This document shows positions 38,141 to 47,918 of a stretch of 64,000 nucleotides of DNA, piece after piece; within the stretch, counting starts at the first letter, position 1; every line of letters starts with the position of its first letter. The stretch is from contig DAOVVV010000010.1 in assembly GCA_030637025.1 (NCBI GenBank), positions 2,257 to 66,256 on the forward strand. Reading direction: 5' to 3'. Under the pieces are notes generated by a model. The model had not been told where the DNA came from, searched no databases, and saw nothing but the letters and a program-made list of their open reading frames with translations. A program made the translations under genes and the position numbers. The stretch is from Clostridia bacterium. GTDB taxonomy: Bacteria > CBDUZB01 > JAGLHV01.

Positions 38141-38198
38141 CAAAGAAAAGTTCATAGTTTAGGGAAAGAAATTGCTGGTTAAATAAGGGGAAGAAAGA

Positions 38199-40028
38199 AT
38201 GAAACATTTAAGGATTAGAATTTTATTAATAATAACTGATTTAATATTTATTAATGTTGCTTTGATATTTAGTTTCTTTTTAAGATTTGATACTCACTTT
38301 CCACCTCTTTATTGGGCTTTATATACGCGTAGTTTTTGGTTTTATTCGGGTATGACTATCGGTGTGTTTTATTTCTTTGAGTTTTATCATCATGATTGGC
38401 GTTATATGACGGTGCGTAATGTTTTTCGTATTTTTATGTCGGTAAATATAAGCATTGCTATATATATTGTCTCTCTTTATTTTATCAACAATCTTTCTTT
38501 GCCGCGGACAGTAGCAATAATGACTTCTATTATTACTACCGGTTTGGTTGGCGGGAGTAGATTGTTAATTTATTTAGGTTTTTCTTATTGGAAGAAATTT
38601 AATAATATGAGAAATCATCGCTGTAAAAAAGTAATTATTATAGGTGCCGGGAGTTGTGGGGAATTGTTAGTTCGGGATATGGAAAAAAACGGTTATGTTC
38701 CTTACCGGCCGGTAGGTTTTCTCGATGATAATTCGGCCAAAAAGGGAATGATTATCCGGGATATTCCTATTTTAGGCAAGATTGAAGAAGCGGAAAAATG
38801 GGTTAAAGAGAAAAAAGCAGTCATGCTTATTATTGCTATTCCCTCAATAGCCGTTGAGCGAACAAAAGAAATTATTTCTTTATGTGAAAAGGCAGGGGTA
38901 GAATTAAAGAGGGTTCCTTCTCTTTTTAATATCCTGGATGGTTCTTTGCAGGTTAGTCAAATAGGGGAGGTTAAAGCGGAAAATGTTTTAGAGAGGGAGG
39001 TGCATTTTAAAAAAAATGCTACAACAGCTAAATTTCTAAAAGGGAAAATAGTGATGGTAACCGGGGCTGGGGGTTCTATCGGAGCAGAATTGTGTAGGCA
39101 GATTGTTAATTTTAATCCGCGCCAGTTAGTCTTGTTAGATAATTCCGAGCATTCACTTTATGCAATATATATGGAATTATTAAATAAATCTTCTCAGTCT
39201 ATTCTTAAACCGGTGATTGCCGATATTCAACATAAAACAAAGATGAAGAGTGTTTTTAAAAATTGTGTTCCCCAGATTATTTTTCATGCAGCAGCTTATA
39301 AACATGTGCCTTTAATGGAAGAAAGTATAGATGTAGCTATTAAAAACAATATCGGAGGAACCAAAAATATAGCTGCTTTGGCAGTTGAACATAAGGTAGA
39401 AAAATTTGTAATGATATCTACAGATAAGGCTGTTAATCCTACCAGTATTATGGGGGCTACTAAACGGGTTGCGGAAAAAGTAGTACAGTCTTTACATAAT
39501 GTGGAGCAGACGAGTTTTTGTGCAGTCCGATTCGGCAATGTTTTAGATAGTAGCGGGAGTGTTTTACCTTTATTTAGAAAACAGATAGCACAGGGAGGCC
39601 CTTTGACTGTGACTCATCCTGAAGTAATCAGGTACTTTATGACGATTTCCGAAGCGGTACATTTAGTTTTGACGGCGGGTAGTATGAGTCAGGGCGGAGA
39701 GCTTTTTGTGCTTAATATGGGAAAACCGGTGAAAATTCTTAATATGGCGGAATCGTTGATCAGGTTATCAGGTTTATGTCCGTATACAGATATCGATATA
39801 GAATTTACCGGGTTAAGGCCGGGTGAAAAATTATATGAAGAACTTTTAACTAAAAAAGAAAATGTATTAAAGACGGAGAATGATAAAATATTTACGACTT
39901 TTTCAGGTAAGGTAGAAAAAGAGCCGTTATTTGAGGAAGTTGAGAAACTTTGGCATTTAGCTGATAAGCAAGACTTGGATATGGCTATGCTTAAATTGAA
40001 ACAACTTGTTCCGGAATATAAAAATTAA
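38199..40028 (+). CDS. Membrane-anchored UDP-GlcNAc 4,6-dehydratase (CapD/WbpM/PglF family)
   Basis: Four N-terminal TM helices, then a CoA-binding-like region, then an SDR Rossmann fold (VTGAGGSIGAEL) with the YxxxK dehydratase core. Confidence 0.85.
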   Translation: MKHLRIRILLIITDLIFINVALIFSFFLRFDTHFPPLYWALYTRSFWFYSGMTIGVFYFFEFYHHDWRYMTVRNVFRIFMSVNISIAIYIVSLYFINNLSLPRTVAIMTSIITTGLVGGSRLLIYLGFSYWKKFNNMRNHRCKKVIIIGAGSCGELLVRDMEKNGYVPYRPVGFLDDNSAKKGMIIRDIPILGKIEEAEKWVKEKKAVMLIIAIPSIAVERTKEIISLCEKAGVELKRVPSLFNILDGSLQVSQIGEVKAENVLEREVHFKKNATTAKFLKGKIVMVTGAGGSIGAELCRQIVNFNPRQLVLLDNSEHSLYAIYMELLNKSSQSILKPVIADIQHKTKMKSVFKNCVPQIIFHAAAYKHVPLMEESIDVAIKNNIGGTKNIAALAVEHKVEKFVMISTDKAVNPTSIMGATKRVAEKVVQSLHNVEQTSFCAVRFGNVLDSSGSVLPLFRKQIAQGGPLTVTHPEVIRYFMTISEAVHLVLTAGSMSQGGELFVLNMGKPVKILNMAESLIRLSGLCPYTDIDIEFTGLRPGEKLYEELLTKKENVLKTENDKIFTTFSGKVEKEPLFEEVEKLWHLADKQDLDMAMLKLKQLVPEYKN

Positions 40029-40042
40029 ATATAAAAGATAAA

Positions 40043-40103
40043 AAAAAGGGGGGGAGACTACACTTTGAGTAGTTGAAAGTGTACAGGTCTGACCCCTTTT
40101 ATA
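40043..40103 (+). terminator. Long imperfect GC-capped hairpin followed by TTTT, after the CapD-like dehydratase
   Basis: aaaaggggggg…(tacacttt/aaagtgta inner stem)…ccccttttat. Confidence 0.5.
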
Positions 40104-40116
40104 ATAAGGAGGTAAA

Positions 40117-40983
40117 ATGTTAAAAATAAAAATACTTTTTAGTTTTTCGGTTATTATTTTGTTAATAACTTCCAGTTATTTATTGATTGATATGTTCGGG
40201 GGGAAAGGGGGGTATCCTTCCCAAATCGGGAAGGAAGATGTTTTAGTAGAGGTAAATAATTACTGGATGACAGCAGAGGAATTTAAAGGTGAAGTAATGA
40301 ATTTATCCTCTACCGAGAAAAGAAAACTCGCTACTTATCAGGGGAAGAAACAGTTTTTAGAAACTATAATAGAGAGAGAGATCTTATTACAGGAGGCCCA
40401 GAAACAAAATCTGGATAAAGATAAAGATTTTATGAGAACTATAGAAAAATATTGGGAACAGGCTTTACTGCAGACGCTTTTAAAGAAAAAAAGCAAAGAA
40501 ATTAAGGAAACGGTTGGGGTTAGTGATAAGGAAATAAATGGTTATCGTTTGAAAATGCAGGAAGAAGTCTGGGCAAAAGTGGTGTTATTAAGCAGTAATC
40601 GAGCTACTAAACAGTTAATTAAAGAAAAGGATATGCAGGAAGGGATTGAAAAGCTAAAAGAATTTGTTTTAGACAGTGAAGAATGGCAATGGTATGGCAT
40701 AGGAGATTTAGAGTGGAAGATAGAAAAGGTTTTATTTTCGTTATCGGAAGGAGAAATAAGTAAACCGATAAAGATATATTCTGATTGGGCGGTAATGAAG
40801 GCCGGGAAACGAAGAAAGAAAATAAAAGTAAAGAAATTATCGGATGATGAGATTGCTGTGATTATTAAAAGACGGAAAGAAACCGAAGAAATGGAAAACT
40901 GGTTAAATCAATTGGATGAGCAGGCGAGAATTATTCAGAATAAAAAGGTATTGGAAGATTTAGATTTAAATATAGAATTATAA
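40117..40983 (+). CDS. Hypothetical periplasmic protein with an N-terminal anchor and a SurA/PrsA N-domain-like coiled-coil; no PPIase core
   Basis: Signal/anchor (ILFSFSVIILLITSSYLL). K/E-rich helical protein. Only weak resemblance to the SurA_N chaperone domain. Confidence 0.4.
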   Translation: MLKIKILFSFSVIILLITSSYLLIDMFGGKGGYPSQIGKEDVLVEVNNYWMTAEEFKGEVMNLSSTEKRKLATYQGKKQFLETIIEREILLQEAQKQNLDKDKDFMRTIEKYWEQALLQTLLKKKSKEIKETVGVSDKEINGYRLKMQEEVWAKVVLLSSNRATKQLIKEKDMQEGIEKLKEFVLDSEEWQWYGIGDLEWKIEKVLFSLSEGEISKPIKIYSDWAVMKAGKRRKKIKVKKLSDDEIAVIIKRRKETEEMENWLNQLDEQARIIQNKKVLEDLDLNIEL

Positions 40984-41019
40984 AATCCCCCTAACCCCCT
41001 TTTTCAAAGGGGGAAAAAC
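40983..41019. terminator. Poly-C/G hairpin element copy (aaatccccctaaccccctttttcaaagggggaaaaac) after gene 40117-40983
   Basis: See 9936. This orientation has a T-run after the C-stem. Confidence 0.5.
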
Positions 41020-41054
41020 ATAGGGGGGAGAAAACAGAGGAAGGAGATTAAACG

Positions 41055-41693
41055 ATGAATCAAAAAAATGTTTTCGCAGGGAAGAGAAAGTATTATTTCA
41101 TTAATGAGTATTTTCAGATAAAAGACATATTGAAAGTTTGTTTTTTGGTAGTTGTCGGATGTGTTATTTTTGCTGCAATTATATATCTTTTTTCAAAGCA
41201 GACGATGACTACTTCTTTTGAAAATTCCCGTTTAGTGTTGAAAAGTACGGCGGATTTTATTTTTCCTGCTCTTGTTTCCAGTATGATTGTGGTAATTACG
41301 GTGTTAAGTATTATTTGCCTTATAGTAGTTTTATTTGCTTCTCAAAATATAATAAGGCCGATGTGTATTTTAGCCGGGAAGGTCAAGGATATGGGTGAAG
41401 GGGACCTTACTTTAACTATTAATTCAACGGCTCAGGTTGAAATGGGAGAAGTGGTTGGAAATTTTAATGAAATGCTTGAAAAACTTAAAAGCCGTATATT
41501 GCAAATAAAAGGAATAAACGGTGAATTAGGAGAAAACATTGAAAAATTAAGGAAAATACGCGGAACCTGTTCACAAGAAGAAGCTAAATTAATAGAAGAG
41601 TTATTGAAAAAACAAGAAGAAATAAGTGAGAGGCTTGCTTATTTTAAAACGGAGAGTAAAGACAAAAGACAGTCCATAGTCCACAGTCAATAG
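41055..41693 (+). CDS. Small membrane protein with two TM helices and a HAMP domain; no output domain
   Basis: TM1 (VCFLVVVGCVIFAAIIYLF) and TM2 (FIFPALVSSMIVVITVLSIICLIVVLFA), followed by a HAMP-like IIRPMCILAGKVKDMGEGDLTLTI…FNEMLEKLK. The last 12 codons and the stop lie inside the intergenic repeat mosaic. Confidence 0.55.
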   Translation: MNQKNVFAGKRKYYFINEYFQIKDILKVCFLVVVGCVIFAAIIYLFSKQTMTTSFENSRLVLKSTADFIFPALVSSMIVVITVLSIICLIVVLFASQNIIRPMCILAGKVKDMGEGDLTLTINSTAQVEMGEVVGNFNEMLEKLKSRILQIKGINGELGENIEKLRKIRGTCSQEEAKLIEELLKKQEEISERLAYFKTESKDKRQSIVHSQ

Positions 41694-42200
41694 TCCATAG
41701 TCCATAGATAAAGAATAAAGACAGTCCATAGTCCACAGTCAATAGTCCATAGACAAAGACAAAGACAAAGACAAAGAATAAAGAATAAAGAATAAAGAAT
41801 AAAGACAGTCTATAGTCGATAGTCGATAGTCCATAGACAAAGAATAAAGATAGTCCATAGATAAAGACTAAAGAATAAATACTAAATTCAAAATACAAAA
41901 TTCTAAACAAAGACAAAGAATAAAAATAAATACTAAATAACAACTTTAAACAAAGCAAGCTTTGCAACTACTGGATTCCGCATCATCCGCCTCAGGCGGA
42001 GCGGAATGACAACATAAAAACATAAATTCAAAACAAAGACAAAGACAAAAGATAAAGAGTAAAAACAGTCCATAGAACAGAAACAAATGCAAAGAATAAA
42101 TCCCCCTAACCCCCTTTTCCAAAGGGGGAAACTCAATGAGGGCTGTTGCTTTGCTCCAGCAAAATAAAGAGAAGACGGTAAAGATAGTCCATAGACAGAA
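41660..42200. repeat. About 540-bp mosaic repeat block: 3 'tccatag' units, (AAAGAC)4, (ATAAAGA)4, an aaatactaaattc module, a ccgcctcaggcgg/ggaatgac hairpin, the poly-C/G hairpin (42098-42131) and a ttgctccagcaa module
   Basis: All sub-modules have copies elsewhere in the window. The block overlaps the last codons of the HAMP gene. Confidence 0.85.
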
Positions 42201-42425
42201 GATGCAGTTATAAGTTATTAGTTATGAGTTTTTAGTTAAAAAAGTTTGAAGTTTGAAGTTGGGATTTGGGAATTTGAAAGAAGAGTCAAACATAGTTTAT
42301 GACAATGTATGACGCGAACGAAGTGAGTATATGACTATTTGTGACAGTGATTGTAAAGCAAGCAAAATACTAATCTGTAATGAGGAATAACAAATTGGTT
42401 AGGGTGAATAGCAATTGGGGAGATT

Positions 42426-42989
42426 ATGCTTAAGCTGAGGATAGGTATATTAAGTAGTTGTTTATTATTGTGCTGGTGCGGTTCTTTTGGCTGGGCAGCA
42501 CAAAAATGGAAAAAGATAAATAGTGAATATTGTGAAATATATTTTTTAAGCTATAGTGAACTTAAAAAAATAAACTCTAATGTCGATGTATCCTCTATTT
42601 CTTTGGATTTCAAGAAAAAGATTATAAATTCTAAAATAAAAACTAAAAGCATTAGTGAAAAAGTAAAGCGAAAGTTTGATATTATTTTCAGGAAAGCGGA
42701 AGAAATTTTAAATATGTATCCCAGGGGGATAAATGTCAAAATAAGGATTTATTTAAACCAGAAACAGCTGAACAGGGTATATCGTAAAATGTTTAAGGGA
42801 GAAAATAAAGCCCTCTCTTTTTATATTTATAAAACCAATACTATTTATATCAGCACTGAACATATTTCAGAAGGAGTATTAGCTCATGAAATGGGGCATT
42901 GTATTATCGACCACTATTTTGTGATTCTCCCACCCCGTAATGTACAGGAAATATTAGCTATTTATGTGGATACTCATTTAAAAGATTAA
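42426..42989 (+). CDS. Hypothetical secreted protein
   Basis: Signal peptide (LLLCWCGSFGWAAQ). Possible HExxH-like motif (AHEMGHCIIDH) hinting at a small metallopeptidase-like fold. Confidence 0.45.
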   Translation: MLKLRIGILSSCLLLCWCGSFGWAAQKWKKINSEYCEIYFLSYSELKKINSNVDVSSISLDFKKKIINSKIKTKSISEKVKRKFDIIFRKAEEILNMYPRGINVKIRIYLNQKQLNRVYRKMFKGENKALSFYIYKTNTIYISTEHISEGVLAHEMGHCIIDHYFVILPPRNVQEILAIYVDTHLKD

Positions 42990-43035
42990 AGGAATAAAAG
43001 TGAGATTGGTTATATCATGATATTTATGATTTATA

Positions 43036-45276
43036 TCATGAAGAAGATTTTTTTTCCAATACATCTAATGATTCGGTAGCAATTTGTTGGACTAGTTTGC
43101 TTTTATCTTTTTGTACTGTTTCCGAAAGAACTTTTTTTGTGTCGTCTCCGGGAACGTTTCGTAAAGACCAGGCTATGCGCAGGCGGAGGCGCTCATCGGT
43201 TCCTTTTTGTAATCCAAAGAATTTTTTCCTTCTTTTTAGTAATTTTGTTAAGAAAGGAAAAGTTTTTTCACTTTCCATTTGTCCTAAAGCTATACAAATT
43301 TCTTCCTGAAAGGAAGTATCCTTTGATTTTTTAAACAGTTGGATTAATTCGTCAACTGCTTCAGTGTCTTTTAATTTTCCCAGGCCTTTTATTGCTTCTT
43401 TCCTGATAGATAAATCGCTGTCGCTCAGGAATTTGATTAAGATAGTGCTTATTTGGCTGCTGTTCGTTTTAGTAAGAACAGAGATAATATCTTTTTTTAT
43501 TGAAGGGTCGGGGAAAGTACTAAGTGTCTCTAATTGAATGAGAAAGGGTTCAATTTTAAATTCGTCAAGAATTTCTATTATTTTTTTCAAAGAGGAAACG
43601 GATAAACCAAGATTTAATTCATTACGCAAAGAAATTATTCCTTCGTTTCCGACACTTTTTAATATCTTTGCCAGATTTTTTCGTATGCGTAAATCGTCTA
43701 CTTCTTTAATAGCTTCTATAAGAAATTTTGTGCATGAATTCCCTAATGCGGAAGTTATTTGCAGGGAGGTTTCATGCTTTTTTTGATTTACAGATTTAAA
43801 ATCGGTTAAAAGAAGTTCTTTTGATTCGTAAGCTATTTTTTCTAAGGAAATATTAATAATTCTGGTTTTTTCTTTTTCTTGCGAAGAAAACAGGGCTTGT
43901 TTAAATGTTTTAATTATCAGCAGTAAATTGTCAGTATCTTTTTTTAGCAGGAAATCGTGTGCTCGTTTGATTAAAAGTTTAGTAATTTGTTTATGTGCTT
44001 CGGTGCTTGTTTCTTTTTCTAAAGATTCGAATATTTTCTCTTGCATAATAGTTAATAGTTTTTCATCGTCAATAGAGGAAAGATTTTCATAAATTTTAGC
44101 AATTAATTGTATCGCGCTTAACCGGATCATCGGAGAGGTGTTGTCCATGTTTTCCAGTACTTTTTTGGTTAAATCCTGGGCATAATCATCTAAATTTAAT
44201 TGGGAAAGTTGTTTAATCATTAACGGTATTTCCTGGTAGACAGGACTCTCTAATAAAGAAGCGCTTTCTTTTTCTAATAATTTGTCAGTACTGAATAGGA
44301 GTTCTTTTTTTTCGTCTTTGGTTTCGGTTATCCCTTCAGGAATTTTCTCTATTAATTCGTTTTTTAATAATTGTTCAAAAACTTTGAAAGACACTTTTTT
44401 ACTGGTTGGGGAGGTTAAGATTTGACTAATAAATGTTTTTAAGCTGTTGAGCTGGTCAATACTTTTAAAATTAGGGTTATTTTGATCGCTTAAATCCTTA
44501 TACCAGCAAGAAATTTCACTAAAGATTTCGGTTATTTTGTCTTTGGAAAGAGTGGAAAGAAGTGAATCTTTTAATCCGGACTGTTCAATTTTTTGTGGTA
44601 ATTGTCTTCCAAAAATTTCCTTTAAGACCATAGGATTTAAATCAGCTAATTTTGTAGCTAAGTGCTTTTGTACATTATCTTTTACATTTTGTTCGGGAAT
44701 TTGTTCCATCATCCCATAAGCTTGCGAAAGAGTTTTTAGGACACTTTCTATTTCTTCCCCTTTTTTTATATTGTTTAATGAGTTGGAAACTTTTTGAATA
44801 ATAATTTCCCCTTTTACTATAGGTACATATACCGTTTGGTCTAAGCTTATATGAGAATTTTCTTTTTCATTGAATAATTCGATAAGTTCGGTTTTGTGTT
44901 CTTTTTTAGAGAGAAGATGTTCTATTAATAGTAGTAATTCTTGTTGTTCTATTCCTGCTTTAAAGGTAATACTTTGTATGTTATGTTCGGCTAAGATTTT
45001 CCAGAAACTATCAATAGCTGCTTTGGATAAGTCTGCTGATAAAGGTAATTCTTTACCCTGGAAAAGTAATTTTTCATTTGCCTGGGAAATATTCAGCTCT
45101 GGATAAGAATGTAAACCGTTTTTAAGAAGGAGAAGGAGACTGTTTATGGAATTATCTAGTATATTGCTGCCCAACGGATAAATCTTAAAATTAGCAATAG
45201 TCATTCGGAAGGTTTTAAGTATTTCTGCACCCAGGTGTTGGACGTCTTCATTGTTAATTGTTTTTTCGTCTGTCAT
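43036..45276 (-). CDS. HEAT/PBS-lyase-type repeat protein (746 aa)
   Basis: Only sizeable minus-strand ORF. Multiple HEAT-like repeats (…DLSIRKEAIKGLGKLKDTEAVDELIQLF…, …DDLRIRKNLAKILKSVGNEG…). Confidence 0.65.
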   Translation of the reverse strand: MTDEKTINNEDVQHLGAEILKTFRMTIANFKIYPLGSNILDNSINSLLLLLKNGLHSYPELNISQANEKLLFQGKELPLSADLSKAAIDSFWKILAEHNIQSITFKAGIEQQELLLLIEHLLSKKEHKTELIELFNEKENSHISLDQTVYVPIVKGEIIIQKVSNSLNNIKKGEEIESVLKTLSQAYGMMEQIPEQNVKDNVQKHLATKLADLNPMVLKEIFGRQLPQKIEQSGLKDSLLSTLSKDKITEIFSEISCWYKDLSDQNNPNFKSIDQLNSLKTFISQILTSPTSKKVSFKVFEQLLKNELIEKIPEGITETKDEKKELLFSTDKLLEKESASLLESPVYQEIPLMIKQLSQLNLDDYAQDLTKKVLENMDNTSPMIRLSAIQLIAKIYENLSSIDDEKLLTIMQEKIFESLEKETSTEAHKQITKLLIKRAHDFLLKKDTDNLLLIIKTFKQALFSSQEKEKTRIINISLEKIAYESKELLLTDFKSVNQKKHETSLQITSALGNSCTKFLIEAIKEVDDLRIRKNLAKILKSVGNEGIISLRNELNLGLSVSSLKKIIEILDEFKIEPFLIQLETLSTFPDPSIKKDIISVLTKTNSSQISTILIKFLSDSDLSIRKEAIKGLGKLKDTEAVDELIQLFKKSKDTSFQEEICIALGQMESEKTFPFLTKLLKRRKKFFGLQKGTDERLRLRIAWSLRNVPGDDTKKVLSETVQKDKSKLVQQIATESLDVLEKKSSS

Positions 45277-45504
45277 ACTTGCTTCTCCCCCTTTTTAAAG
45301 CTATTAGATTCCGGAATATAAGTAACCGGAAATAAAATCTTAAATTTTTAAGAAATCTAAAAGCATTTTAGCATAAATTTAATTGAGAGGTCAACAAGTT
45401 TTTAAGCTATATTTTGTTTATTTTTCATTTGCAAAGAATAAATATTTATGCTAAATTTACAAAAAAAGTAATTACCGAAAAAAACCACCTAAAAGGAATT
45501 AATA

Positions 45505-46260
45505 ATGCAGGAAAATATTTTTATCGGGACAAGTGGTTATAGCTATTCCCATTGGGGAAAGGGTGTTTTTTATCCGGGAAATCTTTCCCGGAGCAAGTGG
45601 TTTGAATATTATACGAAATTTTTTAATACGGTAGAAATAAATGCGTCTTTTTATAGATTATTTAAAAGGGAAATATTTGAAGAATGGTATAGGCGAACAC
45701 CGGAAGATTTTATTTTTGCCCTTAAAGGTAACCGGTTTATTACCCATATTAAAAAAATTGAGAATTGTGAGGACTCTTTAAAGTTGTTTTTTGAAAACGT
45801 TTTTGGTCTGAAAGAGAAACTGAAAATTGTTTTGTGGCAGTTTCCGCCGGGATTAGTTTTTAATGTAAAAAAAATTAGAGATTTTTGTGAAATGATTGAT
45901 AGGTGTAGTGTTGGTCACGGTGATGTCCGGCAGGTTTTTGAATTTCGTCATCAGAGCTGGTTTTCCCGGAAAGTTTACCAAATATTAAAAGAGCATAAAT
46001 TTTCTTTGTGTTTTGCTCATTCCGGTCGTTGGCCTTATCAGGAAGAAATAACAAGTGATTTAATATATTTACGCTTTCATGGAGCGGGAGAGGTATACAA
46101 TTCTAATTATTCTATTAGTGAGTTAAAAAGAATTGCTTCTAAGATAAAGAAGTGGTTAAAGCATAGGAAAAAAGTGTATGTCTATTTTAACAATGACCTG
46201 CATGGTTTTGCTGTAAAAAACAGTCTTAAATTAAAAAAAATAATGTCGGATTTATTTTAA
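45505..46260 (+). CDS. DUF72 (UPF0759) family protein
   Basis: N-terminal IGTSGYSYSHW and the overall DUF72 pattern (…WQFPP…FRH.SW…). Confidence 0.75.
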   Translation: MQENIFIGTSGYSYSHWGKGVFYPGNLSRSKWFEYYTKFFNTVEINASFYRLFKREIFEEWYRRTPEDFIFALKGNRFITHIKKIENCEDSLKLFFENVFGLKEKLKIVLWQFPPGLVFNVKKIRDFCEMIDRCSVGHGDVRQVFEFRHQSWFSRKVYQILKEHKFSLCFAHSGRWPYQEEITSDLIYLRFHGAGEVYNSNYSISELKRIASKIKKWLKHRKKVYVYFNNDLHGFAVKNSLKLKKIMSDLF

Positions 46261-46274
46261 AGGAGAATTAACTA

Positions 46275-46556
46275 ATGGAAGAAAATCTTGTGTTTTGCCG
46301 TATAGTTTTTAAAGGAAAGGTACAGGGGGTTGGATTTCGCTTTACTACTCAGCGACTGGCGGAAAAGTATAATCTTTGCGGATTTGTACGAAATATGTTT
46401 AGTGGGGATGTAGAAGTAGAGATAGAGGGGGGGCAAAGTGTTATTGAAAACTTCTTAAAAGAACTTACCCAACGGATGAAGTTTTATGTCACTGATTCTG
46501 AGATTTTATGGGACAAAGGCAGGGGGAAATTTGGGAAGTTTGAGATTAAAATGTAA
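46275..46556 (+). CDS. acyP: Acylphosphatase
   Basis: VQGVGFRFTTQRLAEKYNLCGFVRN…G.VEVEIEG signature. 93 aa. Confidence 0.8.
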   Translation: MEENLVFCRIVFKGKVQGVGFRFTTQRLAEKYNLCGFVRNMFSGDVEVEIEGGQSVIENFLKELTQRMKFYVTDSEILWDKGRGKFGKFEIKM

Positions 46557-46607
46557 AGGTATACAATATTTTATGCATTTTGGCGTTATATATAATAGAA
46601 GGGGCTT

Positions 46608-47198
46608 ATGCAAAATTTATCCGATATGCAATTAATAGACAGTTATAAGGAAGGAAATTCAGACGCCCTTAATTCCTTAATTGAAAGATATTCTCAACCT
46701 GTATTCACCTTTATTTATCAAATGGTTGGGGACCGGGTCCTGGCAGAAGATGTTTTTGGGGAGGTATTTTTGAAAATGATAAAAAATATCAGTCGCTATA
46801 GAAATGAAGGTAAGTTTAAAAGCTGGTTGTATAAAATAGCCAGGAATCAGGTGATAGATATTTTAAGAAAAGAAGGGAAAATGAAAATATTTTCTCTGGA
46901 TAAAGTAGTTAATCCCGACACTGAAAGACCGTTAACCCTCGAAGATAAACTTTCCTGCCGGTCACCGCTACCGGAAAATATACTTCAGAATAAAACTATT
47001 CAGGAGGATTTAGAAGAAGCAATATCTTCTTTATCTTTCGAGCAAAGAGAAGTTTTTCTCTTGCGGGAATACTCAAATCTTTCATTTAAGGAAATTGCTT
47101 CAACGTTGAAATGTCCGCTTAATACTGTGCTGGGAAGAATGCATTATGCTTTAAAGAAATTGCGGGTTAAATTATCTGCAAAGTATGGGGGAAATTAA
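46608..47198 (+). CDS. ECF-type RNA polymerase sigma-70 factor (sigma-24 family)
   Basis: Region 2 (…FTFIYQMVGDRVLAEDVFGEVFLKM…WLYKIARNQVID) and region 4 HTH (…SFKEIASTLKCPLNTVLGRMHYALKKLR). Confidence 0.8.
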   Translation: MQNLSDMQLIDSYKEGNSDALNSLIERYSQPVFTFIYQMVGDRVLAEDVFGEVFLKMIKNISRYRNEGKFKSWLYKIARNQVIDILRKEGKMKIFSLDKVVNPDTERPLTLEDKLSCRSPLPENILQNKTIQEDLEEAISSLSFEQREVFLLREYSNLSFKEIASTLKCPLNTVLGRMHYALKKLRVKLSAKYGGN

Positions 47199-47720
47199 AT
47201 GAATTGCTATTTTTTTAAAGAAAAAGGTATTCTTTATTTATACGGGGAATTAAATGAACAGGAGATGAAAAGATTCAGGCAGCATTTAGAATCTTGCCCT
47301 TTTTGCAGGGAAGAAGTACTAAAGTTAAAGGAAACAATAAATATTTTTAAAGAAAAAAGAATGAATAAGCCGGATTCGGGAGTGGTAGAAAACATTCTTT
47401 TAACAACTAAGGAAAAAGGTTTTTTAAAACCGGGTATCTTCTCTTTTAATTATAAATCGCCGATTTTTACTTTTTGCTCGGTAGCAGCGGTAGTAGTAAT
47501 TGGGTTTTTGTTTTTTTATCAAAAAGATTTTGGTCTCTTAAGCGAGAAGATGTCATGGCAATTTGAAGATGAAATTGAGATAGTCAGGAAAGAAGTAGAT
47601 GAAGAGATAGGTTTTTTCGATGAGGAAATAAATGATTATTCTGCATCTTTTTTTAATAGGGAAATGGAAGAGATTAAAACAGAAGTAGATGAATTAGGGC
47701 TTGAGATGAATGAGGTTTGA
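47199..47720 (+). CDS. Zinc-finger (HxxxCxxC) anti-sigma factor with a single-pass TM
   Basis: Start abuts the sigma-factor stop. H-x3-C-x2-C motif (HLESCPFC). TM (IFTFCSVAAVVVIGFLFFY). Confidence 0.65.
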   Translation: MNCYFFKEKGILYLYGELNEQEMKRFRQHLESCPFCREEVLKLKETINIFKEKRMNKPDSGVVENILLTTKEKGFLKPGIFSFNYKSPIFTFCSVAAVVVIGFLFFYQKDFGLLSEKMSWQFEDEIEIVRKEVDEEIGFFDEEINDYSASFFNREMEEIKTEVDELGLEMNEV

Positions 47721-47754
47721 AAAATATTTTAAGTCTTCTGCGAAATAACACATT

Positions 47755-47829
47755 CTGTCATTCCGCACTTGATATGGAATCTATAATGTGCTTGAAATAT
47801 CAATAGATTCCTGCTTTCGCAGGAATGAC
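47755..47829. repeat. Second copy of the 75-bp composite REP-pair element
   Basis: ctgtcattccgcacttgatatggaatctataatgtgcttgaaatatcaatagattcctgctttcgcaggaatgacc versus the copy at 4508. Confidence 0.85.
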
Positions 47830-47844
47830 CCTCTTTAAGGACTG

Positions 47845-47890
47845 GCGGGCAGGCAATAAAGATAAAAAGACTATTTTGCAAAAGTCTAAA
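47845..47890. repeat. 50-bp gene-proximal module copy (ggcgggcaggcaataaagataaaaagactattttgcaaaagtctaa)
   Basis: See 35008. Confidence 0.7.
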
Positions 47891-47918
47891 AATATTTAAA
47901 AAAAGGAGGTAATATAAA

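Noticed and set aside
41644-42136. Minus-strand ORFs of 107 and 67 aa (YGLS-rich)
   Set aside because: Encoded by the (GTCTTT)n / 'ctatgga' repeat mosaic. Periodic low-complexity translation; spurious.
42190-42425. 235-bp ORF-free segment upstream of 42426 as a possible ncRNA or riboswitch
   Set aside because: No recognisable conserved riboswitch motif or stable structured core by eye. The sequence is partly repeat-derived (gtttgaagtttgaagttgggatttggg).
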